A program made the position numbers and the translations under genes. Shown piece by piece: positions 28,710 through 38,947 of a stretch of 64,000 nt of DNA (positions within the stretch are counted from its first letter, which is position 1; every line of letters begins with the position of its first letter). The notes under the pieces were generated by a model, which was not told where the DNA came from, ran no database searches, and saw only the letters and a program-made list of their open reading frames with translations. The DNA is from an uncultured Alphaproteobacteria bacterium (GTDB lineage: Bacteria; Pseudomonadota; Alphaproteobacteria; SP197): assembly GCA_943787175.1 (NCBI GenBank), contig CALSLK010000031.1:5120-69119 (forward strand). The letters run 5' to 3'.

Positions 28710-30140
28710 TCACCAATTCGGATCGATGGGGGTCATGATGCCGGTCACGTTCTCGACCGCCTGTGCCGCATCCAGTGCCATGTCTTCGCGATAACGCGGG
28801 GCAATGATCTGCACGCCCATGGGCACAGTGTCGTTGACACCCGTGGGCACCGCGACCGAGGGCAGGCCCAGAAGGTTCATGGCATAGGTCAGGCGGTTGG
28901 CCATGAAGATCTCGGTCGTGCGTGCGCCCGAGACTTCATCGTCGTTCTGCGGGAACGGTGGCTCGGCCGAGACCGGACCCACGATCACGCCATGGTCTTC
29001 CATCAGCAGCGACCAGTCGCGCAGGTCCCCGGCACGCTGAGCGATTCCCTTCATGTAGGCCGCGCGATCCTCGCCGGGTTTCTCGTTGCCGTAAAAGGCA
29101 TCCAGGCCGTCCTGATAGTTGTCGAGCACCCGGTTGATCTTGTGGCTGCCATAGTTGCGGATTGCCGGTTCCATCAGCTCGGCGACTTCAGCCATCAGCA
29201 GCGCCATCCAGTTGCGCGCGGCGTTCATGATGTCTGGCAGGTCGATTTCGGTGACCTGATACCCGGCATTGGAAAGCGCATCGCCCGCCTTCATCACGGC
29301 TTCACGTACTTCGGGCGCAACACCCAGACCACCGGGGTCCGGGCAGATAGCGGCACGTGGCGTCGCATGCATGGCAGGGCCTTCCAACGGCGCAGGCACC
29401 CACCAGGGATCGCGCGCATCACGTGCGGCCATGGCCGCAAGCGCAAGCCTGCAATCGGCCACCGTGCGTGTGTGGGGCCCCTGGACGCTCATCAACTGGA
29501 TCGTCGGCGGGCGCTCTTCGGTCTGTGTCGGGTTGAATGCCGGCACGCGTCCTATGGTCGGGCGGATGCCGACCAGGCCGCAGGCATAAGCGGGGTAGCG
29601 GATCGAGCCGCCCAGATCATTGCCGTGGGCAATCGATCCCATACCCGATGCGCACGCTGATGACGCCCCGCCCGAGGAGCCGCCCGGTGTAATCGCCTTG
29701 TTCCATGGGTTCAGCGTCTGGCCGCGCAGGGTGTTGTCGGTGAAGTAACGCAGCGAGAATTCCGGCGTGTTGGTGCGTCCCATGGGAATCGCTCCTGCCT
29801 TGCGCAGGTTCGCCACCACGGGCGAGTCATCGGATGCCACCATATCGACAAAGGCTTCCACGCCGTTGGTCGTGGCAAACCCTTTCTGGTCGACATTCTC
29901 CTTGATCGTGACCGGCACACCGTGGAGCGAACCCAGCGGTTCACCGGCAGCCTGCGCCGCATCGGCAGCCCGCGCCCCGGCCAGGGCTTCATCATCCAGT
30001 CGCACCGTAATGGCGTTCAGCTTGCCGTTCACCGCATCAACACGGCCAAGGTGACTGGTCATCACCTCCTCGGCTGACGTCTGCTTGTTTTTGATTGCCG
30101 CCGTGATCTCCACAGCCGTCTTGCGCCACCACTCGGTCAT
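28710..30140 (-). CDS. Amidase
   Basis: HGVPVTIKEN, GRTNTPEF, PGGSSGG, HGNDLGGSIRYP. Confidence 0.93.
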   Translation of the reverse strand: MTEWWRKTAVEITAAIKNKQTSAEEVMTSHLGRVDAVNGKLNAITVRLDDEALAGARAADAAQAAGEPLGSLHGVPVTIKENVDQKGFATTNGVEAFVDMVASDDSPVVANLRKAGAIPMGRTNTPEFSLRYFTDNTLRGQTLNPWNKAITPGGSSGGASSACASGMGSIAHGNDLGGSIRYPAYACGLVGIRPTIGRVPAFNPTQTEERPPTIQLMSVQGPHTRTVADCRLALAAMAARDARDPWWVPAPLEGPAMHATPRAAICPDPGGLGVAPEVREAVMKAGDALSNAGYQVTEIDLPDIMNAARNWMALLMAEVAELMEPAIRNYGSHKINRVLDNYQDGLDAFYGNEKPGEDRAAYMKGIAQRAGDLRDWSLLMEDHGVIVGPVSAEPPFPQNDDEVSGARTTEIFMANRLTYAMNLLGLPSVAVPTGVNDTVPMGVQIIAPRYREDMALDAAQAVENVTGIMTPIDPNW

Positions 30141-30275
30141 GTCGTCGTCCCCTTGTTCGGTCGGATCATCGCCCGATTGCGTATGCACACCAACCCCGGT
30201 GGTGGCGTTGCGTCAAGGCTTGTTCTTTCATCAGACATGTGCAGGCTTTGCTCAATACCTTGAGGGGAGAACATC

Positions 30276-31521
30276 ATGTCCAAACCGCGCGTTTCGACGA
30301 CCTTTGACCGGGCCAATGCCGAGCCGGTCGAACTGGCGTTTCCGAAATCCGAGTACCAGGCGCGCTGGAAGAAGGCCAAGACCATGATGGAGGCTGCGGG
30401 GGTCGATGTCCTCTATGCCACATCCCCCGCACACATGTGCTGGCTGCACGGCTATTACGCTGCCTGGTACCGCACCCACGCACCCTCGGGCTGGGGCGCG
30501 TGCCTTGGCACCGCCCTGTGTCTGGATTGGGACGAGCCGATCCATTTCGACGCCATCGGCGAGGATGCGCTGCTCTACAAGACCTCCGTAGCTGAGGACA
30601 TGCGCTTCTTTGATGATCGCACGCCCGAAGGCCAGCCGCCGTTCATCGTGCGGGAACTCCAGAAGAGCGGGCTCCTGAAACCAGGCACCCGGGTCGGCAT
30701 GGAATTTCGCAGTTTCCAGCCCAACCGTTGGGTCCAGGACACGATCGAAGCCGCATTTCGTGATGCCGGCTGCGAGGTCGTTGATACCAGCATGATCCTG
30801 CGTGAGGCCCGGCGTGTGAAGTCGCCTGCCGAACTGGCCTATATCGAAACGGCCATGCGGGTCTGCGAACTGGCCCATGAGGCAGCCCAGCGCACGATCA
30901 GGCCCGGTGTGACCGAACTTGACGTCGAGGCCGAAATGGCTTGCGCCATGCACCATGCCGGGGGCGAACTTTCTGCCATCCCCATCATGATCCAGTCTGG
31001 CAACACCATCGGCGGGCACCAGATGCCGCGCCGTCGCAAGCTGCTGTCGGGCGAACACATCAAGATCGATTGTTCCGGCGTCTGGTACCGCTATCACGCC
31101 AACATCCTGCGCGGCTTCTGGACCGGTGAGCCGCCTGCAGACGTGCGCGACCGCTACCCGCCGCTCCGCCGGTTCCTGGGAGGTCTTCAGGAATGAGGCC
31201 ACGGCCGGACGCCCCGTGCGCGAAGTCAATGCCGAACTGCGCCGCTATTACCGGGACTGTGGCTTTGAAGGCAAACAGGCGGGCTGGTGTATCGGTTACG
31301 AACTGGGCATCGCCATGCCGCCCGACTGGGTTGATGAGTTCAACTTCTCCTATGACGAGGACCCGCCCGACGATGTCGTCTGGGAAGAGGGGTTTGTCGG
31401 TAACTTCGAAACCCTCTGGGATACCGGTCTGATCGACACTTTCGTCATCGAAAAGGACGGAGCGCGCAACCTTGTCGACAACGACCGCATCCCCCTCGAC
31501 ATCATCGCCTGCCAGGGCTGA
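30276..31521 (+). CDS. M24-fold hydrolase, frameshifted near 31165
   Basis: FPKSEYQARW, RRVKSPAE, IDCSGVWYRYHANILR. Continues in another frame with GYELGIAMPPDW; paralog of 27459-28701. Confidence 0.8.
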
Positions 31522-31538
31522 GGGCGGCCTTATTCCGG

Positions 31539-32519
31539 TCAGGCCGTGGGCAGGGTTCCGCAGGATTGGGGGGAACTACCCTTGAGGCTGGCGAGCACGT
31601 CGCGCGAGCGGTCGCAATCCTGGGTCATCTGGATAGCAAGGGCGTCCATGCCGCGGAAGGTCATATCCTTGCGGACGCGCTCGACAAAGGCGACGCGCAG
31701 GCGTTTGCCATAGAGGTCGCCGGAGAAATCGAGCAGGTTGGTTTCCAGCAGCACGGTCTCGCCGTTGAACGTGGGGCGGGTGCCGATATAGGCCGCGCCG
31801 TTGTGCCAGGTGGTGATGCCGTGTTCGATCACCCCGGCGCGCACGGCATAGATGCCGGGACCTGGATGCAGCAAACCGTCGAGCGCCAGATTGGCAGTGG
31901 GAAAGCCCATCTCGCGCCCGCGCTTCTCACCATGCTGAACGTGGCCTTCCGTCTCCCAGAAATGGCCCAGGAGTCCGGCGGCCTGATCGACCAGGCCACG
32001 GCGCAGCATGACGCGGATTTCGGTCGAGGAAACCTTCTGGCCGTGATGTTCGAAGAACGGTGCCTGGGTGTAGCCAAATCCTTCCATACGGGCCATCTGA
32101 TCGAGAATATAGCCATTGCCGTGGCGGCCCTTGCCGAAGACAAAGCCCGGGCCCGTGACAAGATGACTGATGCCCAGGCCATCAAGCAGATGCCCCTTCA
32201 CGAAATCCTGAGCCAGGCAGCCGGCCATAGCGGGGTTGAAGGCCAGATTGACCATGAGGTTGAGGTCAAGCCCTGCCAGCACCCGCGCCTTCTGGCGAAA
32301 CGGTGTAAGGCGGAAGGGAACAGAACTGCCCTGAAAGAAGCTGCGGGGATGAGGTTCGAATGTCACCACACCCAGCGGCGCGCCCGTTTCTGCAGCCAGG
32401 TCGCGCGCCACATCGATGACACTGCGATGGCCGCGATGCACACCATCGAAGTTGCCCAACGCAACGACAGCACCGCGCAGGGTAGCGGGCGTGTCGGATG
32501 TGTGGCGCAGAATTCTCAT
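31539..32519 (-). CDS. ribF: Bifunctional riboflavin kinase/FAD synthetase
   Basis: ALGNFDGVHRGH, TFEPHP, VSSTEIR, GREMGFPTAN, GTRPTF. Confidence 0.96.
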   Translation of the reverse strand: MRILRHTSDTPATLRGAVVALGNFDGVHRGHRSVIDVARDLAAETGAPLGVVTFEPHPRSFFQGSSVPFRLTPFRQKARVLAGLDLNLMVNLAFNPAMAGCLAQDFVKGHLLDGLGISHLVTGPGFVFGKGRHGNGYILDQMARMEGFGYTQAPFFEHHGQKVSSTEIRVMLRRGLVDQAAGLLGHFWETEGHVQHGEKRGREMGFPTANLALDGLLHPGPGIYAVRAGVIEHGITTWHNGAAYIGTRPTFNGETVLLETNLLDFSGDLYGKRLRVAFVERVRKDMTFRGMDALAIQMTQDCDRSRDVLASLKGSSPQSCGTLPTA

Positions 32520-32610
32520 GGCGGTGTTGGTAGTGGTTTTTGAGGCTGGTCTCAAGCGCGCGGTGCGCGCTTGATTGTCTTTTAGCTTCAGTCGCCGGCA
32601 CGCGCCCCGC

Positions 32611-33033
32611 TTATGGTTTCGGCAGCATCACCATGGCTTCGCCTTCGATGACGGTGGTCTCGCCTACGGTGCAGACGGTATCGAGGGTGAGGCGGCGCTT
32701 TTCCTGGTTGATCTCGCGGATCGTGACCGTGGCCGTTACCGTATCGCCGATACGCACAGGTGCGCGGAACTTCAGGGACTGGCTCATATAGATCGATCCC
32801 GGGCCTGGCAGGCGTGTGCCGATGACCGTGGAGATGTATCCGGCTGAGAGCATGCCGTGGGCGATGCGACCCTTGAACATGGTCTGGCTGGCCCATTCCT
32901 CATTGATGTGGACGGGATTGTCATCACCCGAGACGCCGGCGAAGAGAATGATGTCTGCTTCGGTCACGGTGCGGGCATAGGATTCGGACTGGCCTTCGGA
33001 AAGTTCGCTCAGACGATCAACAGCTTGCGTCAT
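32611..33033 (-). CDS. MaoC-family (R)-specific enoyl-CoA hydratase (PhaJ-like)
   Basis: FAGVSGDDNPVH, RIAHGML, LPGPGSIY, FRAPVRIGD. Confidence 0.9.
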   Translation of the reverse strand: MTQAVDRLSELSEGQSESYARTVTEADIILFAGVSGDDNPVHINEEWASQTMFKGRIAHGMLSAGYISTVIGTRLPGPGSIYMSQSLKFRAPVRIGDTVTATVTIREINQEKRRLTLDTVCTVGETTVIEGEAMVMLPKP

Positions 33034-33181
33034 GGTTTGGCTCCGTTGCTGGAAATTTGTGCGGTGCACCATAATGAAGTGTCGTGATGCCGCAAGGCGC
33101 GATTGGTCTGGCAGTCAGGAATTGTGCACTGCCGCGTAAATCAGGGATTTTGTGCCTGTATCAGGTGGCGCGCATCGGCCT

Positions 33182-35377
33182 TCAGAACACCGCAAGTTTG
33201 CCGCCTGATTCCTCTGTTACAGATCCGATGACGCAGGCTTGGTTGTCTCCCGACTGATGCAGTGCTTTCAGACAATCGGCCACGCGCGCCTCTGGCATCC
33301 CGGCAAGCAGACCACCGGCGGTCTGGGGGTCGAACAGCAGGGGGTCGCAGGGTACTGTCTGGTCGTCCATCACGCCTTCGCCTGCATGGCGACGTTGCCG
33401 GGATGCAGCGTGCTCGCTACGCCGCGCGCCAACAGCTCCACGCGCTCCGGCATAGGCTGGCAAGGTCGCCCGCCTCGATCAGGCGCGCACCAACGTGCCT
33501 GATGCATCCGTAGCAGTTCCAGCAGGTGCCCGGCCAGCCCGAACCCGGTCACATCGGTCATGGCCGTCGTCGCCGTGATGCCCTGAAGATCCGGGCGGCC
33601 GGTCCATTGGAGCGCTGCATGCCCGTCAAGCGCCGCCTCGACCCAGGCGCTTTCGGCCTCGCCGCGCATGTCGGCGGCAAACAGCGTGCCGGTGCCCAGC
33701 GGCTTGGTCAGGATCAGCGCGTCGCCTGACCTTCAGCCCGCCCTTGCGCGATCAGGCTGCTCCGGCCGTCGCAAATCCCTGTGACCGACAGCCCCAGCGC
33801 GGCGCGTTCTCCCTCGGTCGTGTGCCCGCCCACCAGGGCGCAGTTCTCCTCGCGCAGCACCGCAACAACGCCGCTCAGCATCTGGACCAGGTCGTCTTCC
33901 ATGGCCGCGGGCGTGCCCGGCAGCAGCCCGGCCAGCGCCATGGCGGCAACCGGTTCGGCGCCCATGGCATGGATGTCCGACAGGGCATGCACGGCGGCAA
34001 TGCGCCCGAAGACATAGGGGTCGTCCAGAAACGCCGGGAACTGGTCCACGGTCTGGACCGCGACGGTGCCGCGCGGGGGGCGTCACCACCGCTGCATCGT
34101 CGGGCGCCTCCAGGCCGACCAGCACTTCCGGGACGGGTCGGCAGCTCCAGACGCGCCAGCGCGCGCCGTCAGCACCTGTGCCGGCACCTTCGCGCCGCAG
34201 CCGCCGCAACGCATGGGCGTCTCAGTCATGTCGGGCATCGCCGGCAGGTGCTGATACTTCTCCATCCAGCGCCGGTCGATGCGGTCCTTCCAGCGCCACA
34301 CCCAATCACCCTGAAACGACATCCCGCCCCAGGACGCAACAGCGTGGCGCTCACCGGTCGTGATCATCGCCATGGTGCGGTGCTGGGGCTTGAAAGCCTC
34401 CAGCGCTTCGCCCCGCGCCAGACGACGCAGGTTCGACCCCAGCAACGGCCCCTGGCGCACCGCATAAACGCCGTTCTTGATCAACGGGCGCGGTGTGTAG
34501 GCAGCAATATCTCCGGCCGCCCAGACAAAGGATGGGAGGTCGAACGCAACATGGCATCCACGGCGACGAACCCATCGGCATCCAGCGTCAGCCCGGTGCT
34601 GCCCAGCCATGACGCTGGTGCTGCGCCGGTCACCAGAACCGTGGCATCAGAGGCAACAGCAGTGCCATCACTGCACTGCACCTGATCGGCCTCGATGGCA
34701 TCGACGCGTTTGTTTTTGTGTACCCTCACACCTGCATCGGCCAACGCCTTTTCCATGCGGCGGCGAACCCCCGCACCATGACGGGGAAGCAGCGTTGCGC
34801 CGTCAGAGACCAGCGTGACATCCAAAGCCAGGTCGTTACCAAACTGCGTCAGAAGCCGGTGACGCAGACCCAGACAGACCTCCAGACCACCGGCACCGCC
34901 TCCAACCACGGTCAGATGGAACGCCTCCTTGCGCCCCTGCAAGGCGTCTTCGACGGCACGCCACCGGCCCAGAAAACCGTCAACCGGCTTCACGGGAATG
35001 GCGTGTTCGCCAGCACCCTTGATGCCGCTGGCTGCCGGAGTCGAACCAATGTCCAACGATGCCAGGTCGAAATGAAGTGGTGGCCGGCCTTCGAACAGCA
35101 CCTTGCGTTGGTCCACGTCCAGCCCGGTGGCGCTGGCATGAATCAGGCGAGCGCCCGACCGCGCGCAAAGCGGACGCAGATCGATATGCGCTTCGGCGTG
35201 CCTATAGATGCCCGCCAGGTAACCCGGCAGCATGCCCGAATAGGGCGTCACAGTGTCGCGTGCGACCACGGTCAGGCGGAGTTTTTCGACCGGTTTCATG
35301 GCAAGGCTGCGCAGAACCTCGACATGGGCATGGCCGCCGCCAATCAGCACAACATCCATCTCGGACGGAGCCTTCAT
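33182..35377 (-). CDS. selD: Selenophosphate synthetase with N-terminal FAD-dependent oxidoreductase domain; at least 5 apparent frameshifts
   Basis: N-domain VLIGGGHAH, YSGMLPG, VVGGGAGG, AAGD, GVYAVRQG, WKDRIDRRW. SelD domain MRCGGCGAKV, DDAAV, HALSDIHAMG, VGGHT, LTKPLGTG, TDVTGFGLAGH, DPQTAGGLL. These motifs are spread over successive frames. Confidence 0.88.
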
Positions 35378-35395
35378 GTTTGCCTCGGGAAGCGA

Positions 35396-35491
35396 TGGCG
35401 GAAGGGGGTGGGAGTCGAACCCACCAGACACGTTGAACGCCTCTCAACGGTTTTGAAGACCGTGCGGGCCACCGGGCCGCGATCCCCCTCC
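35396..35491 (-). tRNA. selC: tRNA-Sec (anticodon UCA)
   Basis: Minus strand GGAGGGGG...ACGGT-CTTCAAA-ACCGT, long variable arm, GTGGG-TTCGACT-CCCAC, CCCCTTCC-GCCA. 8-bp acceptor stem, 96 nt, located between selB and selD. Confidence 0.96.
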
Positions 35492-35501
35492 AAACTCAGG
35501 T

Positions 35502-37444
35502 TCATGACGATACTCCATCGTCTGCCTGAACCAACACACGCAGGTCGCCACGTCGTGTGGTCACGCCGATGCGGTCGAGAAATTCGACCAGATCGACCGC
35601 AAGGTTCCTGCCGATGCCCGCGACATCGCGGTACTGCGCCACCGTAAATCCCTTCCGGCTGCTCTCGCCCGGCCTCCCGAGCATGAGCTGCGTCGCCTGT
35701 TCGATCTGGTCGGTGGTCAGGTAACGGTTGCGCGCGATCTTCACGATCGAGGCCGAACCCGGCCATGCGCTGCAGGAACTTCTCGAGGTCGCCGGGCGTC
35801 TGGCTCCAGCTTCTCTGCCAAGCGGAAACAGGGCGGGCGGTGAGCCGGAGTCTCTGGTGTCAGCGCGGCTTGCGCCTGCCTCCAGAGTTTCTCGTCCTTG
35901 CCCTCCAGCGCCACCGCATGGTCGGGCAGGTGGGCAATCGCCCCGCGCCGCACCAGCGCCCCATCCCGCGCCAGGCCGGCCAGCGCCTCGCCCAGCAGGA
36001 CGTCATCCGGGCCTGCCCGTCAGATACCGGCGCAGTTCCGCCAGGTTGGGCCCCAGCCGGTCGCCATGTGTCTCGGCATGGTCGCTTGCCAGCCCGGCCA
36101 GGACCTCCTGCCTGAGCGTGTCCCAATGACGTGCGGCGGACCAGTCGCAGGGACTCGGCCGCGCCCCAGGGCAACGGCATCCATCGTCTTCGGCCAGGGC
36201 TGCGTTGGCAGCTCGGCTGCCTCTGGTTTCGGCTGCGCAGATAGCTCGGACCGGAGCCACCCCTTCGGGTGCGAACACGCCAGCAGCGCGTCGAGCGCCG
36301 CCATGGCGTCGTCCCGGTCCATGGCCTCCAGCCGTTCCATGACGTTCGGGCCGCGCGCGGCCACGCGTTCAGGCCCCCGGGGAGCCATCGACGCGCCCGC
36401 CGGCCGATGGTGCGCCGTGCCGACTGGTCGCGCAGGACCAGCCGGTCGCCGAACGCAGGCACCAGAGGGTCGTCCAGAACGATCTGCGCCAGGCCGCGGT
36501 CCCCCGGCGCAATCGCGTCCACGCCTTGCAGCACGGCCACATCGGCCCGTGGCGTGGCCCGCGCCGTGATGCACATGCACCGGCGTCCAGTGTTTGAGCG
36601 GGCGCGCCTCGCTCGCCGAGAACCCGCAACGACACATCCATGCGCTGTGATGGCCCAAGAAGGTCCGGTGCCACGACCCAGTCGCCGCGCCCGACATCAT
36701 CGCGTTCCACACCCACCAGATTAAGCGCCGCCCTGTCGCCGCGCCGTGCGGTGTCGCTGGCCTGATCCTGCGCGTGGATGGCACGAACCCGCACCGGCCT
36801 GTCATCAGGCATGATGGTGAGCTGGTCGCCAACACTGACAGCGCCGGCATGAACCATGCCCGTCACCACAACACCGGCACCGCGCACGACAAATGCGCGA
36901 TCCACCGCCAGACGAAAGCCGCCCCGGGTTCCCGGCGGTTCATGGTTGCGTGCTGCCTCGGTCAAGGCGTCCTGCAACGCCGGAATACCCTGCATGGCCG
37001 GCGCCACGGTCTCGAACAATCCGTCACAGACCAGACCGGCTTTCTCCAACAGTGCGCGCGCCTCCTCGGCGACCACTTCACACGTTCAGGGCTGGCACGG
37101 TCCACCTTGGTCAGGGCAATCAATGCCCGCTCGACGCCCAGCAGATCCAGCACGGCGACATGTTCAATGGTCTGGGGCATCACCCCGTCATCGGCGGCAA
37201 TCACGACCAGCGCCAGGTCGATCCCTGCAATGCCTGCCACCATGTTGCGCACAAACCGTTCGTGCCCGGGCACATCGACAAACCCGATGACGTCTCCAGA
37301 CGCCAGCGGCAGATAGGCAAAGCCAAGGTCGACGGTAAGGCCACGCTCCTTTTCTTCGGGCAGGCGGTCGGTATCCACACCGGTCAGGGCGTGGATCAGC
37401 GATGTCTTGCCGTGATCGACATGGCCTGCGGTGGCAACAATCAT
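35502..37444 (-). CDS. selB: Selenocysteine-specific elongation factor, multiply frameshifted
   Basis: [58 protein letters not shown]-terminal [25 protein letters not shown]. Motifs lie in several frames. Confidence 0.9.
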
Positions 37445-38838
37445 GATGTATTGAGCTCTGCCAGTTGCCCGATAAATCCGGCCTCATCGTCCAGGCAACG
37501 CAGGTCCAGGCGCAGAACACCATCATGAACCGCACCAATCACCGGTCGCGGAAAGGCACGCAGCCGGTCGGTCAGCTGACGCAGACGGGCATCGGCACCG
37601 CGTCCGCTCCTGGCCGCCCGGATTGCCAACCCTGCGCTTTCGAGTGATTCCACCGGCAGGGCCCCGCTGCCGATCTGGCTTTTCCTGGTTGTTGTCTCGA
37701 CGACAAAGTCATCGCCGAGCGCCAGCTCCAAAGGATCCTTCAACCGTTCGGCCTGCGCCGCGATATCCTCTGGCGGGCGTGTCAGAAGCCGCAATGCGGG
37801 CAGGGTCCGGGGCAGGGTGTCGGGATTCTCGTAAAGCGCCAGCGTCGCGTCGAGCGCTGCAAGGGTCATCTTGTCAGCGCGCATGGCCCGTTTCATGGGG
37901 TTTTTGGCCAGACGTTTGATCAGGTCAGCGCGTCCAACGATCAGCCCGGCCTGTGGCCCGCCCAGCAGTTTGTCGCCACTGAAGGTCACAAGGTCTGCGC
38001 CACCCGCCAGGGTCTCTGTAACCGTTGGCTCTCTTGGCAAACCCCATCGGCTCAGATCAACCAGCGTGCCGCTGCCCAGATCCACGGCAAAGGGCAGGCC
38101 GTGTTCGTGAGCCAGCTTTGCCAGCTCCGGTTCGGGAACCTCTGCCGTGAAACCCTGAACCGCATAGTTGCTGGTATGGACCTTCAGCAGGCATGCCGTG
38201 CGAGGCCCCATGACCTCGGCAAAGTCGTGCAGATGGGTGCGGTTCGTCGTGCCCACTTCGACCAGACGGCACCCGGCGCGCGCCATGATGTCGGGCATGC
38301 GGAACGCGCCGCCAATCTCGATCAGCTCGCCGCGGGAAACCGGGACTTCTTTTCGCTGGCCAAGCGTGTTGAGCAGCAGCAGCACGGCCGCCGCGTTGTT
38401 GTTGACGACCAGTGCCGCCTCCGCACCGGTCAGACGCTTCAGGCGTTCGGCAATGGGTGAATCGCGTTCGCCGCGTTTCCCCCGGGCCAGATCGTATTCC
38501 AGATTGCTGGCGCTCCGGGCGGCGGCGGCCATGGCGTCAATCGCGGCCTCAGCCAGAGGCGCGCGTCCCAGATTGGTATGCAGCACGGTGCCGGTCAGAT
38601 TGAAGACCGGCTTCAGCGAGACCGCTGACCGGCGATGACAGGTTTCTTCGACGGCCCTTGCGATGGCTACGTCCGAAACATCGGGCGTGGTGCCTTCACG
38701 CCAGGCCAGGCGCAGGCCATCCAGGGTTTCGCGCGTCGCCTGAACCACGGCAGCACGCCCGAAACCATCGGCAAGAGCCAACAGGGCCGGCGTTTTGAGG
38801 ACGCGGTCGACAGAGGGGATCAAGCTGGTTTCCTTCAT
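37441..38838 (-). CDS. selA: L-seryl-tRNA(Sec) selenium transferase
   Basis: [55 protein letters not shown]. Intact frame. Confidence 0.96.
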   Translation of the reverse strand: MKETSLIPSVDRVLKTPALLALADGFGRAAVVQATRETLDGLRLAWREGTTPDVSDVAIARAVEETCHRRSAVSLKPVFNLTGTVLHTNLGRAPLAEAAIDAMAAAARSASNLEYDLARGKRGERDSPIAERLKRLTGAEAALVVNNNAAAVLLLLNTLGQRKEVPVSRGELIEIGGAFRMPDIMARAGCRLVEVGTTNRTHLHDFAEVMGPRTACLLKVHTSNYAVQGFTAEVPEPELAKLAHEHGLPFAVDLGSGTLVDLSRWGLPREPTVTETLAGGADLVTFSGDKLLGGPQAGLIVGRADLIKRLAKNPMKRAMRADKMTLAALDATLALYENPDTLPRTLPALRLLTRPPEDIAAQAERLKDPLELALGDDFVVETTTRKSQIGSGALPVESLESAGLAIRAARSGRGADARLRQLTDRLRAFPRPVIGAVHDGVLRLDLRCLDDEAGFIGQLAELNTS

Positions 38839-38947
38839 GACGGCGTCACCCACGGTGTCGCACGATGGAAAGCATAGGCCGGAATCTGACCGGCGCAACC
38901 AACATGACGATTGCTTGAAGCGCGAATCCAATTAACCTCACGCCATC

